DNA of 64,000 nt. It comes from a virus. Position 1 is the stretch's first letter. Every line of letters starts with the position of its first letter. Under the pieces are notes generated by a model. The model made no database searches. It had not been told where the DNA came from and saw only the letters and a program-made list of their open reading frames with translations. Position numbers and translations under genes: made by a program. Location: the IMG/VR virus record IMGVR_UViG_3300008050_008966, positions 6,721 to 70,720 of that record. The stretch is one strand, 5' to 3'. This document shows, piece after piece, positions 50,439-60,907 of the stretch.

Positions 50439-53400
50439 TGGCATTAAATGACCTCAAAACATTAGATGATTTTATTGAATCTGGACTTCCAAAAGCAAAA
50501 ATACACAGAATCTTGCTTGAGAACGGCTCATATCCTTCTGAACATTTTAAAAAGGATCCTCATTTCGACTTTCCGGAAGGCGAGGGCCAAGAATTTCTGT
50601 CTCCTTCCGTGGAAACAACAGATCAAAGTCTTAAAGTTTCTCTAACACTAACTCTGGATGGAGTCCTCAGAAAAGATCCAAAAGCATCTAATAAGCTTTT
50701 TTCTCTTTGGTTGGATAAGCTTGATCTGATGAGCATGATAAAAGTTTGTGTATATGAGATTGACAAATCGGTGTTTGAAGATATTGCTTTTCAATATTCT
50801 TCCTTCAACTACGAAGGCCTTTACATCAATGATTTTTCTAAGTTTATGAAAGAACACACGAATAGCTGGGAATCAATCAAAGCAGCGCATGGAACTGAGA
50901 TTAGTGTCTCAGCAGAGCTGGATAAATTTAATGCTGCCGAAGGCCGAGAAAGAGAAAAATATTTAAGTACCTTGGCCGACGGAACAACCACATACAGCAT
51001 ACCAATTAATCTAGAGCCTTATGTATATGAAAATAAGAATCCTGAATATTTAGGATTTTTAGTTATAACCCGTATTGATACACAGGCCATAATTGAACAC
51101 ATTGCTTCTACATTTAGTCAAAATACTGGCTTGGGTGAACTAGAATCGACTTTAGAAGAATTGGCCATGGAGGCTTCTTCAATGGGAATGATTTATGATG
51201 TTATTTTTCAAAATGGTGTATTGAATAATGATAGTTATTTGTTACAAAGAGTTGATAATGGTAAAATTTGGTTTGGTGAATATCATGCAATGTCTGATGG
51301 AACATTGATGACTGGCGCCGAGCACGGAGATACATCCATTCCTGCTTCTGCTCGCGATCGCGATCTGAAAACTCTTATGCTTCCTAACATGAAAATTGTT
51401 GATTTAAGAGACGATGAAGAATTTGAAAAAGTTTTATTGGAAGATTTATATCAGCTCGATGATGTTTTCGATACTTTATCCAAGATACAGAAACAACCAA
51501 AAGTAGCAGATTCTAAAGTTGGAAATACACTAAAAGAATCTTATACATTTAGTTTTATGTCAAGATTGCCCGACGGCGGAGCAGGCTATTTTCTTGCAAT
51601 CGATAAATCTAAAATATTATATAATAAATCTTTATTTCAAGCAATTGCTAAAAATGTGACACGTGCTATCAAGCTCATGCAACAATCCTTGGGATACGTA
51701 TCTGATGATTTGAAGGCAATGACCAGAGAAATATCGACTTTATCAAAAATAATAGAAATTAATATTTTTCGAAAAAGAGTTAGCTTAAATGAAACGGGCC
51801 AGAATAAATTAGGGACGCGCCTAACAGATCAAAATAGTTATATAAATTTTGTTTTAGATGCAGATATAGGAAACTCTTATGAAGATGCAGCTGCGGTTCT
51901 TGTAGCCAGATATTCAGAGCTTGGAGGATCTTTTAATGTAAAGAAAATAAATAATTTAAATTTTTCTAATGATGAGATTTTGGAAAAATCATTTTTGTTT
52001 TTGTCTTTTAGGGATCAATTTTTAGTTGGCAAACACGAGGGGCAATATCAATATTATATTGAACTGGTGATGGAAGATGGAATTAAAAAATATCTTCAAC
52101 AAAAAATGAATAACCTATATTTTGGTCGCACATTGATAGATAATTATGTTAGCTTTATTAATAGTGGCATATCGGCTCCAGGAGTAGCAACTTATTACAA
52201 TGATTCGACCGATCAGTTTAATACTGATTTAATTTCAAATGATTTTCCCCACGGCGGCCTTGGAACTGGCGTGGGCGCCCCCATTTTTGAATCCGGTCTC
52301 GATGCAATTATGTGGAGCATTGAATATTCTCTTCAACTTTTACTTGAAGTTTATAACTTATTTAGCCATGGCGCAACTCTCACCGGTTCCGGAGCATATA
52401 CTAATGTTACTTTGTTCCAAAAACTAGCTAGCATTAGCAATCCAGTAAGTGGAAATTATCAAGGATTGCTCAAGTTTGCAAAAATTTATGATACTTTTAT
52501 ACATAAATTTCAAAAAATATCTGGCATAAATAAAGATATTCTAAACTTCACACAGGCAAAAATTGTTGACGGCAACATAGAAACGGTTTTTGATACGATT
52601 ATGGCATCAGAAGGTTCTATATCTTCTCTGGACGAAACAAGTAAAAAGAATGTATATTCAAAAACTTTTTCTGGGATGCATGATGGCATTAATTTGACTG
52701 AAAATTTACCACACATAGTTGATCTGGAAAGCTTTAACAAAACTGGATATGAATATATTTTTACCCCTGGCATGAGTCAAGACGGAATGGGAATTCGTGA
52801 ACTAGGCTCTCAATCGTTTCATGATCGCGCAATATTTGAAATTGACAAATATTATGATCGCACCAGCTCTAGTTTTAACGAAGCCGGCGGAATATTTAAC
52901 CTTTTTGATAATGCGCCAACATTTTTTACGCCTTTGTACACTTTGGTAGAAAATCGGCGATATCGAACCGATGTTAACGGACAGGCGATTTTATATCCGT
53001 ATGATCAAAAACACAATCTTTACAAAAAGATTGTCTTAGATTTAATAAGATTTTATGTTTCAAAAAATGCAGAAGTTGGAAATCAATCAAGTGTGGAAAA
53101 CCTGAATCAAATAAAAAAACTATTAACCATTCTCTCTAATTATGGAGTTTTATTTTCGGAACACATACACAAGCAATTAGGATTTTTAAATGACCCGGTC
53201 GTTGAGCCAGAAAATATAGTTCAGCATCTCGGCACCTTTGGTGATTCTTCACAGGATGGAGATCCAAACCAGCAAACAAGTGGCACCGGACTGTCTGCAG
53301 TAGAGACTCCTGTTGAAACTGAGACAATACAAGAATATGTTAATGATGGAAATCCTGTTTCTTCTCCCTTCGGAGAACTTATGCCACAAATTGGCTTTGA

Positions 53401-54331
53401 TATTCTTCTTGCTGATGAGATAGATTCTTTGTTGTTTGGTATATTAAACGATGTTATATTGAAAGATAACAAAGGTTTGGATCTTTATTCTACTTCGTTA
53501 CCTCTGTTTCCAGAAGATATACCAAGTCTTTTGGCTTTTATGATGGCTCAAGGCCACGCAGGTACAAAATCGTTGTTTGTTGATTACCAAGTTTCATTTG
53601 ATAATTATAAAGATATGCTAAAAAATAATGGCTTGCAAATCAATAAAGATGTTTTTAATGAATATTCTTTGAGTTTAGAAACATTTGGCTGGTGGTGGCT
53701 CAACTATGCAAATGTTGTTGAGGTTAGATTTATAAAACGAATGGATAAATTTTTTAATCCTGTTTGGGAACGCCTAACAGCAAATGAATTTGCCAATGCA
53801 TCTGGTGCTGGCAAAGCCATAATATGCAAACTTGAGAGATGGACACCAACGGCCGGCCGCCAGCTTGGTGTGAAAAATAATAAATTTTTAGATTTGCCTG
53901 CCTTTGATCAATATTTCATCATTAATCCTGAAACGTTTGTTACTCCCGTTGTAATAGTTCCTAAGAAAAATAAAGATATTACTGAATTTGTTGATATTAT
54001 AAAGGGTGTCGGGAAAAGTACCACCAAGAAAGGCGGAGGCGGATCCCCTGGCAAGCTTGATATAATCAAGGATACGACTCTTGGAATTCCCGCTAGAACA
54101 ATTAAAACATTAATAGGGACAACAACGGCCCAGGACCAACTTGGCGGCTTAAAAACCCAAGATCCGATTATAAAGTATGATTTGGAAGTCATCAACGAAA
54201 CAACAACTCAGGGGACTAGCCAGGGGACTAGCCAGGGAACGAGCCAAGGAACTGGCCAAGACACGTCTCAGCAGCTCGACATGAATATGGCAGGGAAGAA
54301 GCTGACCACCGGTCAGGGCGGCAAATATTAA
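50438..54331 (+). CDS. large hypothetical virion-module protein (1297 aa)
   Basis: TAATG coupling; long ORF in the structural block; WFGEYHAMSDGTLMTGAEH motif; QGTS repeats at the C-terminus. Confidence 0.7.
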   Translation: MALNDLKTLDDFIESGLPKAKIHRILLENGSYPSEHFKKDPHFDFPEGEGQEFLSPSVETTDQSLKVSLTLTLDGVLRKDPKASNKLFSLWLDKLDLMSMIKVCVYEIDKSVFEDIAFQYSSFNYEGLYINDFSKFMKEHTNSWESIKAAHGTEISVSAELDKFNAAEGREREKYLSTLADGTTTYSIPINLEPYVYENKNPEYLGFLVITRIDTQAIIEHIASTFSQNTGLGELESTLEELAMEASSMGMIYDVIFQNGVLNNDSYLLQRVDNGKIWFGEYHAMSDGTLMTGAEHGDTSIPASARDRDLKTLMLPNMKIVDLRDDEEFEKVLLEDLYQLDDVFDTLSKIQKQPKVADSKVGNTLKESYTFSFMSRLPDGGAGYFLAIDKSKILYNKSLFQAIAKNVTRAIKLMQQSLGYVSDDLKAMTREISTLSKIIEINIFRKRVSLNETGQNKLGTRLTDQNSYINFVLDADIGNSYEDAAAVLVARYSELGGSFNVKKINNLNFSNDEILEKSFLFLSFRDQFLVGKHEGQYQYYIELVMEDGIKKYLQQKMNNLYFGRTLIDNYVSFINSGISAPGVATYYNDSTDQFNTDLISNDFPHGGLGTGVGAPIFESGLDAIMWSIEYSLQLLLEVYNLFSHGATLTGSGAYTNVTLFQKLASISNPVSGNYQGLLKFAKIYDTFIHKFQKISGINKDILNFTQAKIVDGNIETVFDTIMASEGSISSLDETSKKNVYSKTFSGMHDGINLTENLPHIVDLESFNKTGYEYIFTPGMSQDGMGIRELGSQSFHDRAIFEIDKYYDRTSSSFNEAGGIFNLFDNAPTFFTPLYTLVENRRYRTDVNGQAILYPYDQKHNLYKKIVLDLIRFYVSKNAEVGNQSSVENLNQIKKLLTILSNYGVLFSEHIHKQLGFLNDPVVEPENIVQHLGTFGDSSQDGDPNQQTSGTGLSAVETPVETETIQEYVNDGNPVSSPFGELMPQIGFDILLADEIDSLLFGILNDVILKDNKGLDLYSTSLPLFPEDIPSLLAFMMAQGHAGTKSLFVDYQVSFDNYKDMLKNNGLQINKDVFNEYSLSLETFGWWWLNYANVVEVRFIKRMDKFFNPVWERLTANEFANASGAGKAIICKLERWTPTAGRQLGVKNNKFLDLPAFDQYFIINPETFVTPVVIVPKKNKDITEFVDIIKGVGKSTTKKGGGGSPGKLDIIKDTTLGIPARTIKTLIGTTTAQDQLGGLKTQDPIIKYDLEVINETTTQGTSQGTSQGTSQGTGQDTSQQLDMNMAGKKLTTGQGGKY
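54209..54268 (+). repeat. tandem 12-bp repeat, five copies, coding QGTS-like units
   Basis: caggggactagc caggggactagc cagggaacgagc caaggaactggc caagacacgtct. Confidence 0.85.
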
Positions 54332-54372
54332 AATATGAAACAATTCTATATATTTATGATAAGGTATAATTA

Positions 54373-57300
54373 ATGGCAAACGATGGCACAGACAACGCAG
54401 CAACCCCGAGCGATTCCCAACAGAATTTTGCTTCCATGGGGAATAGAACTTTATTTGTCAACACAATAGAGACCCAAAAAGTGCCCTACGTTTTGGGCTT
54501 GCCGCCTTTATCTCCTGGCTATAAAGAGATAAACATTGAACAAGCCGGCTCAGATTTGGGTGTTGCGACCACCGCCACCGGTGATCAAGACGCTCTCGTG
54601 ATGACAAGTTTTGACTGGCTTCGCTATAATACAGGAAAGTTTTTCTACAGAAGGGAGGGCACAGAACAAAATTATGAATTTATAAATTCCGATAGCACTT
54701 CCCACCCTGAAACAATAACACAAGAACTTTTAGGAGAAGACTTTTTCTCTCCCGTTGTAACAACAACTATCATGCAGATCACTCCTGATATGTATAGTAG
54801 CCTCCATACAGATTTAGTATTTCGTGATTTATCATATGTTCTTGTTAAATTGAAGGAAGGTGTCTCGGGGGGCCCCACTAATGATCTTTATTTGCTCGGC
54901 GGCACTATGAATCATGCTTCTGTTTATCCACCAGACGCTAGTCAGCAAATTCTAGACGTAAAAGATTGGCAAGGTTTTATCTTTAGTCTAGACTCCAACC
55001 AGGGCCTTAACCCCTGCTACGATCCGGCCGTCATCGGAACAGGCTTCGAAGGGGGCGTATGGCATCGCCTGGGGTCAATACAAGGCTTGGGTGTACAAGC
55101 AATTGATCTAGTCGGAGATCCAAACGATAAATATCCTGGATCACCCCTGGGAGGTTATAACGACCACGCTTTCCTTTTTAATTCGCCTGCAGCTGCAATG
55201 TCCCAAGACTCAGTACCAGATATTAGAGTTTTATTCGCAGATGTAAAGCCAACTTATAATTTTTTCCAAAAAGAATATGAAGAAGTTGTGTTGGAGTTCG
55301 AACATGCTCTTCGACAGGCGGCCAATGAGCCGAACACGTGGATCCCTGATATGGCTCTTAGCCTGTTCGAATTATATTTACCTAATTTTAATGCCATTTT
55401 GTCAGAAAGGGAGAAATCTCTTGAATCCACCGGCCTCGAAGCGGCGCAGGAATTTACTTCTGATATTAATTTTTATACCCACACAACATTAAATAACAGG
55501 CTGCCGGGGAATATTTTAAGGCCTCTCACCATATACGAAGGAGACTATCCGGAAACTAGTGGGCCACTAGGTACGTCTGGAAATGAATATTTAAAAGAAT
55601 GGGCGAATACTTTCAAATCTCATTCGTCAGAAATACTTTCGGATATGACATGGGCAGAAGCTGCATTAAAATTTAGAAATATTATTTTTCCTTTAGAGGC
55701 AGTTAAAAATGAAAATATCAATACATTTAAATCGTCTTTTCCGTTCTACAATGAGATAACATTCAATACTGATATTAATACAAAGATGGCAGATCTTTTA
55801 CGAGATGCAGATTTATTCTTGCCTTTGGTATCTGATTACATTTACCTTACAGATCCAGATAGCCCGAGCAGTGCTTTCAATCCTGGACCAGTATCTCTTA
55901 CTTCTTACGAAGAGGTTTTTGCTGCTGGATCCGCCGAGGCACTAAATTCTGCCGATGCACAAGATACAAATAGTTCAGCATTTATACAACAATCTTTTCC
56001 TTTAAACAAAGATGGCATTCAATATAAACAATATCTTTTCGATCGCGCCTTTGCTTCTGAAGTTCAAGGCCTGAATACAGAAAGTGATTTGATTAGTCGT
56101 ATAACAAGCGTACAAGATAGAACAATTTCTGTGGGATCAGAATCTTTCTCTGATGACCAAATTGAATTTTTTGGTAAAAATCCTTTGATACAATTAATTT
56201 ACAAAAGTATGTTTTTATCCCAATATATTAATTTAATTAAAAATAACAAGCGTACTTACGAAGATATTATTAGTGGCAAAACTTGTTATAATGAAACACT
56301 TTTTTATAAAATAGAAAAAAGAGATGCACTGGGAAATTTAATTCAAAACTTTTATGTCTTGAATGATTCTCAGTTGGATGAAGCTACCTTAATCGATACA
56401 CAAATTGTATATTCAAAAAAATATTCATATAGAATTTTTGCGATTCAAGTGGTAATTGGAAATGAATATCGCTATGGTGCACCTCTCACCCAACCCTATG
56501 ATTACCCCAGCCTGCCTTATAGATGGCAATCTGAAGTACAGGCTATAAATGATTCTTCTGTTAGATTAATCGAAGTGCCATACACAAGTCCAAAAATAGT
56601 ATTTACACAAGAGTTGCCGCCAACTCCTCCGGATGTTAACTTTATACCTTTCCGCCATAAAGATAATCGAGTTATGATATCATTAAATTCAAGTGCCGAC
56701 GATTATTATGATAATTTTATTCCTGTGCTTCCACATGAAGTGATGTATAACACAGCCATACTGCAGTTTGATCCTGAAACTGGTCTCTTTACGGCCACTA
56801 GTCCAGCAAAGACTCATTTTAAGTCCGAAGGAGATATAACTAGTTTCACCATGTTCCGAATATCTGAAAATGATTTTCCCAATGGTCCAAAAAGTTATAT
56901 GGATTTTGGCATTGGCGGCGTCGGCAAAAGGGTAACTTTGTCTATGGCCCAGGGGGCCCCCTCATATATTGACCATATTCAGCCAAATACAAAATATTGG
57001 TATTTATTTAGATCTAATGATGAAAAACATGGTCTCGATGCTGCAGCAACATCGAGTGGAATATATGGTACCTCAACTAATCCGGACTTTTCAAACCCAA
57101 CAAATATTTTTGAGATCAAAGCGACCAATAATGACGGCGCTATTTATTTTACAATGCGAACATATGACATAACTTTCTTTGATAAACAAAAACAAATTGC
57201 CAGTCGCATACCAACAAAATCATTTAGAAAATACTTAATGGTGAAGCCGAACATGGAACAATCACTTATTAACGCTGATCCGGAGAGTGGTGGTTTTGAT

Positions 57301-57522
57301 TTTGAAAGCGATGAAGCCAAAGGGTCAATAAAAGAATATATAGAAAATCTCAATGATGATGTAGCGTCCATTCCTTTGGGAGTAAAACAACAAAACATAT
57401 TTGGATCTCTACCGGATTCCGAAAATCAGCATAATCAGTTTAAGGTACGCTTAATATCTCGAAAAACCGGACGCAAACTTGATATACATTTGAGATTTAA
57501 AAAGCCGGTATTAGAAAAATAG
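54373..57522 (+). CDS. large hypothetical virion-module protein (1049 aa) with FN3-like segments
   Basis: LIDTQIVYSKKYSYRIFA and YIDHIQPNTKYWYLFRS resemble FN3 C-terminal strands. Confidence 0.7.
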   Translation: MANDGTDNAATPSDSQQNFASMGNRTLFVNTIETQKVPYVLGLPPLSPGYKEINIEQAGSDLGVATTATGDQDALVMTSFDWLRYNTGKFFYRREGTEQNYEFINSDSTSHPETITQELLGEDFFSPVVTTTIMQITPDMYSSLHTDLVFRDLSYVLVKLKEGVSGGPTNDLYLLGGTMNHASVYPPDASQQILDVKDWQGFIFSLDSNQGLNPCYDPAVIGTGFEGGVWHRLGSIQGLGVQAIDLVGDPNDKYPGSPLGGYNDHAFLFNSPAAAMSQDSVPDIRVLFADVKPTYNFFQKEYEEVVLEFEHALRQAANEPNTWIPDMALSLFELYLPNFNAILSEREKSLESTGLEAAQEFTSDINFYTHTTLNNRLPGNILRPLTIYEGDYPETSGPLGTSGNEYLKEWANTFKSHSSEILSDMTWAEAALKFRNIIFPLEAVKNENINTFKSSFPFYNEITFNTDINTKMADLLRDADLFLPLVSDYIYLTDPDSPSSAFNPGPVSLTSYEEVFAAGSAEALNSADAQDTNSSAFIQQSFPLNKDGIQYKQYLFDRAFASEVQGLNTESDLISRITSVQDRTISVGSESFSDDQIEFFGKNPLIQLIYKSMFLSQYINLIKNNKRTYEDIISGKTCYNETLFYKIEKRDALGNLIQNFYVLNDSQLDEATLIDTQIVYSKKYSYRIFAIQVVIGNEYRYGAPLTQPYDYPSLPYRWQSEVQAINDSSVRLIEVPYTSPKIVFTQELPPTPPDVNFIPFRHKDNRVMISLNSSADDYYDNFIPVLPHEVMYNTAILQFDPETGLFTATSPAKTHFKSEGDITSFTMFRISENDFPNGPKSYMDFGIGGVGKRVTLSMAQGAPSYIDHIQPNTKYWYLFRSNDEKHGLDAAATSSGIYGTSTNPDFSNPTNIFEIKATNNDGAIYFTMRTYDITFFDKQKQIASRIPTKSFRKYLMVKPNMEQSLINADPESGGFDFESDEAKGSIKEYIENLNDDVASIPLGVKQQNIFGSLPDSENQHNQFKVRLISRKTGRKLDIHLRFKKPVLEK

Positions 57523-57540
57523 TTAATATTATACAGAAAG

Positions 57541-57565
57541 ACTATTTAAAGTAGTAGACTATTTA
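57541..57565 (+). promoter_or_regulatory. tandem ACTATTTA motifs, candidate late promoter
   Basis: ACTATTTA at 57541 and 57558 in the intergenic gap; related motifs at 36289, 36708, 54350, 62327, 63372. Confidence 0.45.
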
Positions 57566-57597
57566 TGTTAAAATCACTTATAATTTGGAGAACTTAA

Positions 57598-58605
57598 ATG
57601 GGATTTTTAGACAACTCAGGCGATATTATTTTAGACGCCGTTTTAACAGACCTTGGCCGTGAACGTTTGGCCAGAGGCGATGGATCTTTTAAGATTACAA
57701 AATTTTCTGTCGCAGATGATGAAATTGATTATGGAAAATATAATAAAAATAATCCATCCGGATCAGCTTATTATGATTTAGATATTTTGACAACCCCAGT
57801 ATTGGAAGCGTTTACAAACAATATTGGGTCTTGCAAACATAAGCTGATGTCAATTCCGAGAAATAATTTACTTTATTTACCGGTTGTTAAGTTGGTAAAT
57901 AATACCGATATCGTTGACGGCGCCCGAACTGTCGCCGCGGGCGGCATTACGTTTTCAGATGCATCTACTGGCATGTTTGTTGTTACTGTTGATACAGACA
58001 CTTCACAATCACCCCATACTGTCTCCGGGATGTTGTTACAATCTGGTATAGGCATTATAAAGGGAGATGGTTCCCCCTCCACCACGGCCGCCGGCCCCAA
58101 TAACACCAGGATTGTGCTAGATCAAGGTCTTGATACAACAAAGATTCCATGTACTTTTAACTTGGATGCCGATTTGATTGAAAATCAATATATAATTGAA
58201 ATTGATGATCGTCTTGGAAAAATAACTACTACGGGCTTCAACCAGGGCGCCCAGTCCTTAATAAGCTCAAATTTCGTTGATGACGATCGAATAGCCAGCT
58301 ATTATGTTTCTAAAAATACCAATACTTCCTTATTCGACGCAAATTATGGAACCGTTAGCGACGGAGGTAATTGCGCAGAATCTTCTACAATTGCCGGACC
58401 CCGAGGAACGCGCCTGTGGTTCGCTATTCGGGCATCTTTGGAATTGAACACCAGCACAAGTTTATTTGATAGACTTGGCGGCACTGTAACGATAACTAGT
58501 TTTGGAGGAACGTACAAATATATTGATTCATCAGTAAGAGTCACCGGTGTAACAACTGGCTATAGAGTTGATATTCCAATTCGTTTTCTCAAGAAAGTCT
58601 CTTAA
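57598..58605 (+). CDS. putative baseplate/tail structural protein
   Basis: GGAG SD; MGFLDNSGDIILDAVLTDLGRERLARGDGSFKITKFSVADDEIDY, an LTxxG-type tail/baseplate N-terminus. Confidence 0.75.
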   Translation: MGFLDNSGDIILDAVLTDLGRERLARGDGSFKITKFSVADDEIDYGKYNKNNPSGSAYYDLDILTTPVLEAFTNNIGSCKHKLMSIPRNNLLYLPVVKLVNNTDIVDGARTVAAGGITFSDASTGMFVVTVDTDTSQSPHTVSGMLLQSGIGIIKGDGSPSTTAAGPNNTRIVLDQGLDTTKIPCTFNLDADLIENQYIIEIDDRLGKITTTGFNQGAQSLISSNFVDDDRIASYYVSKNTNTSLFDANYGTVSDGGNCAESSTIAGPRGTRLWFAIRASLELNTSTSLFDRLGGTVTITSFGGTYKYIDSSVRVTGVTTGYRVDIPIRFLKKVS

Positions 58606-58622
58606 CATAATAGGATAAAAAA

Positions 58623-59744
58623 ATGGCAAGCACTTTTAAAACATTTTTAAACAATGACAGGACAACAACAAGAACGTTGCTTCACGAAGCAATTCCCATT
58701 ACAGGTACAATACTTTCGGGTACTTATGGTGCAGTAGGTTCTGAAACAAATATTAAAAACTATTCTCATGGTATGTTCCAGGCTGTATATGACTATCCTT
58801 ATTTGAGTTCTTCATCCAATCATATTTTTGATTTGGCAGTTGGATATGCCGCGACATCTTCAGCATCCGGCGGAGCATCACAAGACAATACTCAAAGAAA
58901 AAATAAAATCAACATATATAATCAAATGGCTCAGATTTTAGTAGGCCATGATGTAAATGGGAATATTCAAAGATTTGATGTTGATGGTAATTTAGCAGAC
59001 GGCGTTGGAAAAATGAATGAAGTTATCTTCGTTAATTTTGCGCGCCTTCTTAGTAAAGATGAAGTTAAAAAAGGTTCTTTTTATTTAGATCTCGGCGTGG
59101 GCGGTGCCTACGCGGGCGCCGGTGTTTCGATGGCATCACAAATTAGATTAAACGATTCATCTGGATCAGATGGCTATTTTGTAAACTCTCCGGTCGGCGA
59201 ATATGGTGTCTTATATACTTCTAATCTTGTTGGTACCCCTATAAAATCTGCTCCAACAAAAACTACCGAAGCTGCTGGACTGATTTATTATCAAGCTGGA
59301 ATTGCTGTTTTAACAGCATCAGTTTTTGAAAGTGGTTCTACATTGGGTGTTTCCGGAGCTGCAGTTGGAATTCCAGAGATTCAAATGAATAGAGCTGGCC
59401 AAAAAATGTATCAAGCGCTCACACAATCTTCCATTTCTGGAAACTGCGACGACATCAGACATAGAATTAAGAATATTCAATTTAACAATACAACAGAATT
59501 AAATTCAACAATTTATTTCTGTCGACTCAATAACAACGAATTTAATTATAGTTCTAATCCTACTTATCTGTCAGCTAGCCAAATTGTTACGAAGAATTTT
59601 TCAACCGATTTGCCTGTTTCGTATGTAACAACAGTAGGTCTGTATTCCGCCGATAATGAACTATTGGCAACAGCAAAACTTTCAGAGCCTTTGCGCAAAG
59701 ATCCTTCAAACGAGATTACAGTTAGAGTAAGATTAGATTACTAG
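58623..59744 (+). CDS. putative baseplate/tail structural protein, paralog of 59756..60895
   Basis: KKGSF, GLIYYQAGIAVLT, FNYSSNPTY, YVTTVGLYSADNELLATAKLSEPLRK, RLDY. Confidence 0.75.
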   Translation: MASTFKTFLNNDRTTTRTLLHEAIPITGTILSGTYGAVGSETNIKNYSHGMFQAVYDYPYLSSSSNHIFDLAVGYAATSSASGGASQDNTQRKNKINIYNQMAQILVGHDVNGNIQRFDVDGNLADGVGKMNEVIFVNFARLLSKDEVKKGSFYLDLGVGGAYAGAGVSMASQIRLNDSSGSDGYFVNSPVGEYGVLYTSNLVGTPIKSAPTKTTEAAGLIYYQAGIAVLTASVFESGSTLGVSGAAVGIPEIQMNRAGQKMYQALTQSSISGNCDDIRHRIKNIQFNNTTELNSTIYFCRLNNNEFNYSSNPTYLSASQIVTKNFSTDLPVSYVTTVGLYSADNELLATAKLSEPLRKDPSNEITVRVRLDY

Positions 59745-59755
59745 GGTGTGTTGGC

Positions 59756-60895
59756 ATGCCTTACTATAGATTTCAAAAAAATGATTTATTCACCAATGCG
59801 ATTGAACTAAATCCATATTGTAATTTTTATATTTATGGGCCAAATGCTTATTATAACAATCTAGATCAATCAATTGTAAACTCTAATACTCCTGCGGGAA
59901 ATATTAGCTTATATGAACTAAATGTTAATAGAGCAGCCGATAATTTAATTTATCCCTTTTTGCCAAAAGGATCTTCGCTTGAGATGTTTCGATCCATTAG
60001 CACGAGTCAATATGCGGCGACCGATGCGGGCAGCCTATTGTCTGGAAGTTATCCTTTAACTGCCACGATTCATACTGCAGTTTATGATACTGATGAAGCT
60101 AGGCCACAAATTGATGCACTAAAGAATGTTTTAAATTTTTATAAAAACCACAGCGCTCATTATACCTTTTCGTCATCTTTGGGAAACAAAGGGACACAAA
60201 GATTAACATTAATAGACTTTCCATCGATTTTCTACGGAAGCAGCATAAAGAAAGGAACTGTTGATTTACGTTTTTATGTATCCGGCACTCTTCAGGGTAA
60301 ACTAACAGATAAAAACAGAAATGGCGAACTGATTCAATCATCAGGAACAATCTCATCCAATGACGATAAAGTTGCCGGCGTTGTTCTGTATAATGAAGGC
60401 CTAATTGTTTTAACTGGATCTTGGGCTCTCAATGCCGTGCATGTAGAAAAATATGTATCCGACGGCGGTTCTACAATGAATCCACGGTGGAATGCTTTTG
60501 GACGAAAAACAGAATTAACTGTTTCATCAAGTTATGGCTTGGATGTCCAGGGGGTAGAAAAAACAAGTGTGATTACAATGTTCGCCCATGCCCGACCAGG
60601 AACATTAAATTATTCACCAAATCCAACTTATGCAAAAATAAGTGGATCTACCTCAAGCGCTCATGGATTTTCTACTTCTTCGGCAAATTTTAGTGAGGTT
60701 GGCGACGTAGAGCTGATTAACACAGTCAGCAGTTCATTTTTGGGTTACAATGAACAATTTAAAAAACAAACGTTTATATCGAAGATAGGCATTTTTGACA
60801 AAAATAAGAATTTAATTGCAATTGCAAAGCTCGCAACTCCTGTTCGCAAACAAGAGGGCGATGATTATACATTTAAACTTAAGCTAGATTACTGA
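59756..60895 (+). CDS. putative baseplate/tail structural protein, paralog of 58623..59744
   Basis: IKKGTV, GVVLYNEGLIVLT, LNYSPNPTY, FISKIGIFDKNKNLIAIAKLATPVRK, KLDY. Confidence 0.75.
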   Translation: MPYYRFQKNDLFTNAIELNPYCNFYIYGPNAYYNNLDQSIVNSNTPAGNISLYELNVNRAADNLIYPFLPKGSSLEMFRSISTSQYAATDAGSLLSGSYPLTATIHTAVYDTDEARPQIDALKNVLNFYKNHSAHYTFSSSLGNKGTQRLTLIDFPSIFYGSSIKKGTVDLRFYVSGTLQGKLTDKNRNGELIQSSGTISSNDDKVAGVVLYNEGLIVLTGSWALNAVHVEKYVSDGGSTMNPRWNAFGRKTELTVSSSYGLDVQGVEKTSVITMFAHARPGTLNYSPNPTYAKISGSTSSAHGFSTSSANFSEVGDVELINTVSSSFLGYNEQFKKQTFISKIGIFDKNKNLIAIAKLATPVRKQEGDDYTFKLKLDY

Positions 60896-60901
60896 TATAA
60901 T
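60893..60901 (+). promoter_or_regulatory. extended -10 promoter TGnTATAAT, probably giving a leaderless transcript
   Basis: TGATATAAT ends at 60901, the ATG is at 60908, and there is no SD between them. Confidence 0.5.
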
Positions 60902-60907
60902 TACAAT

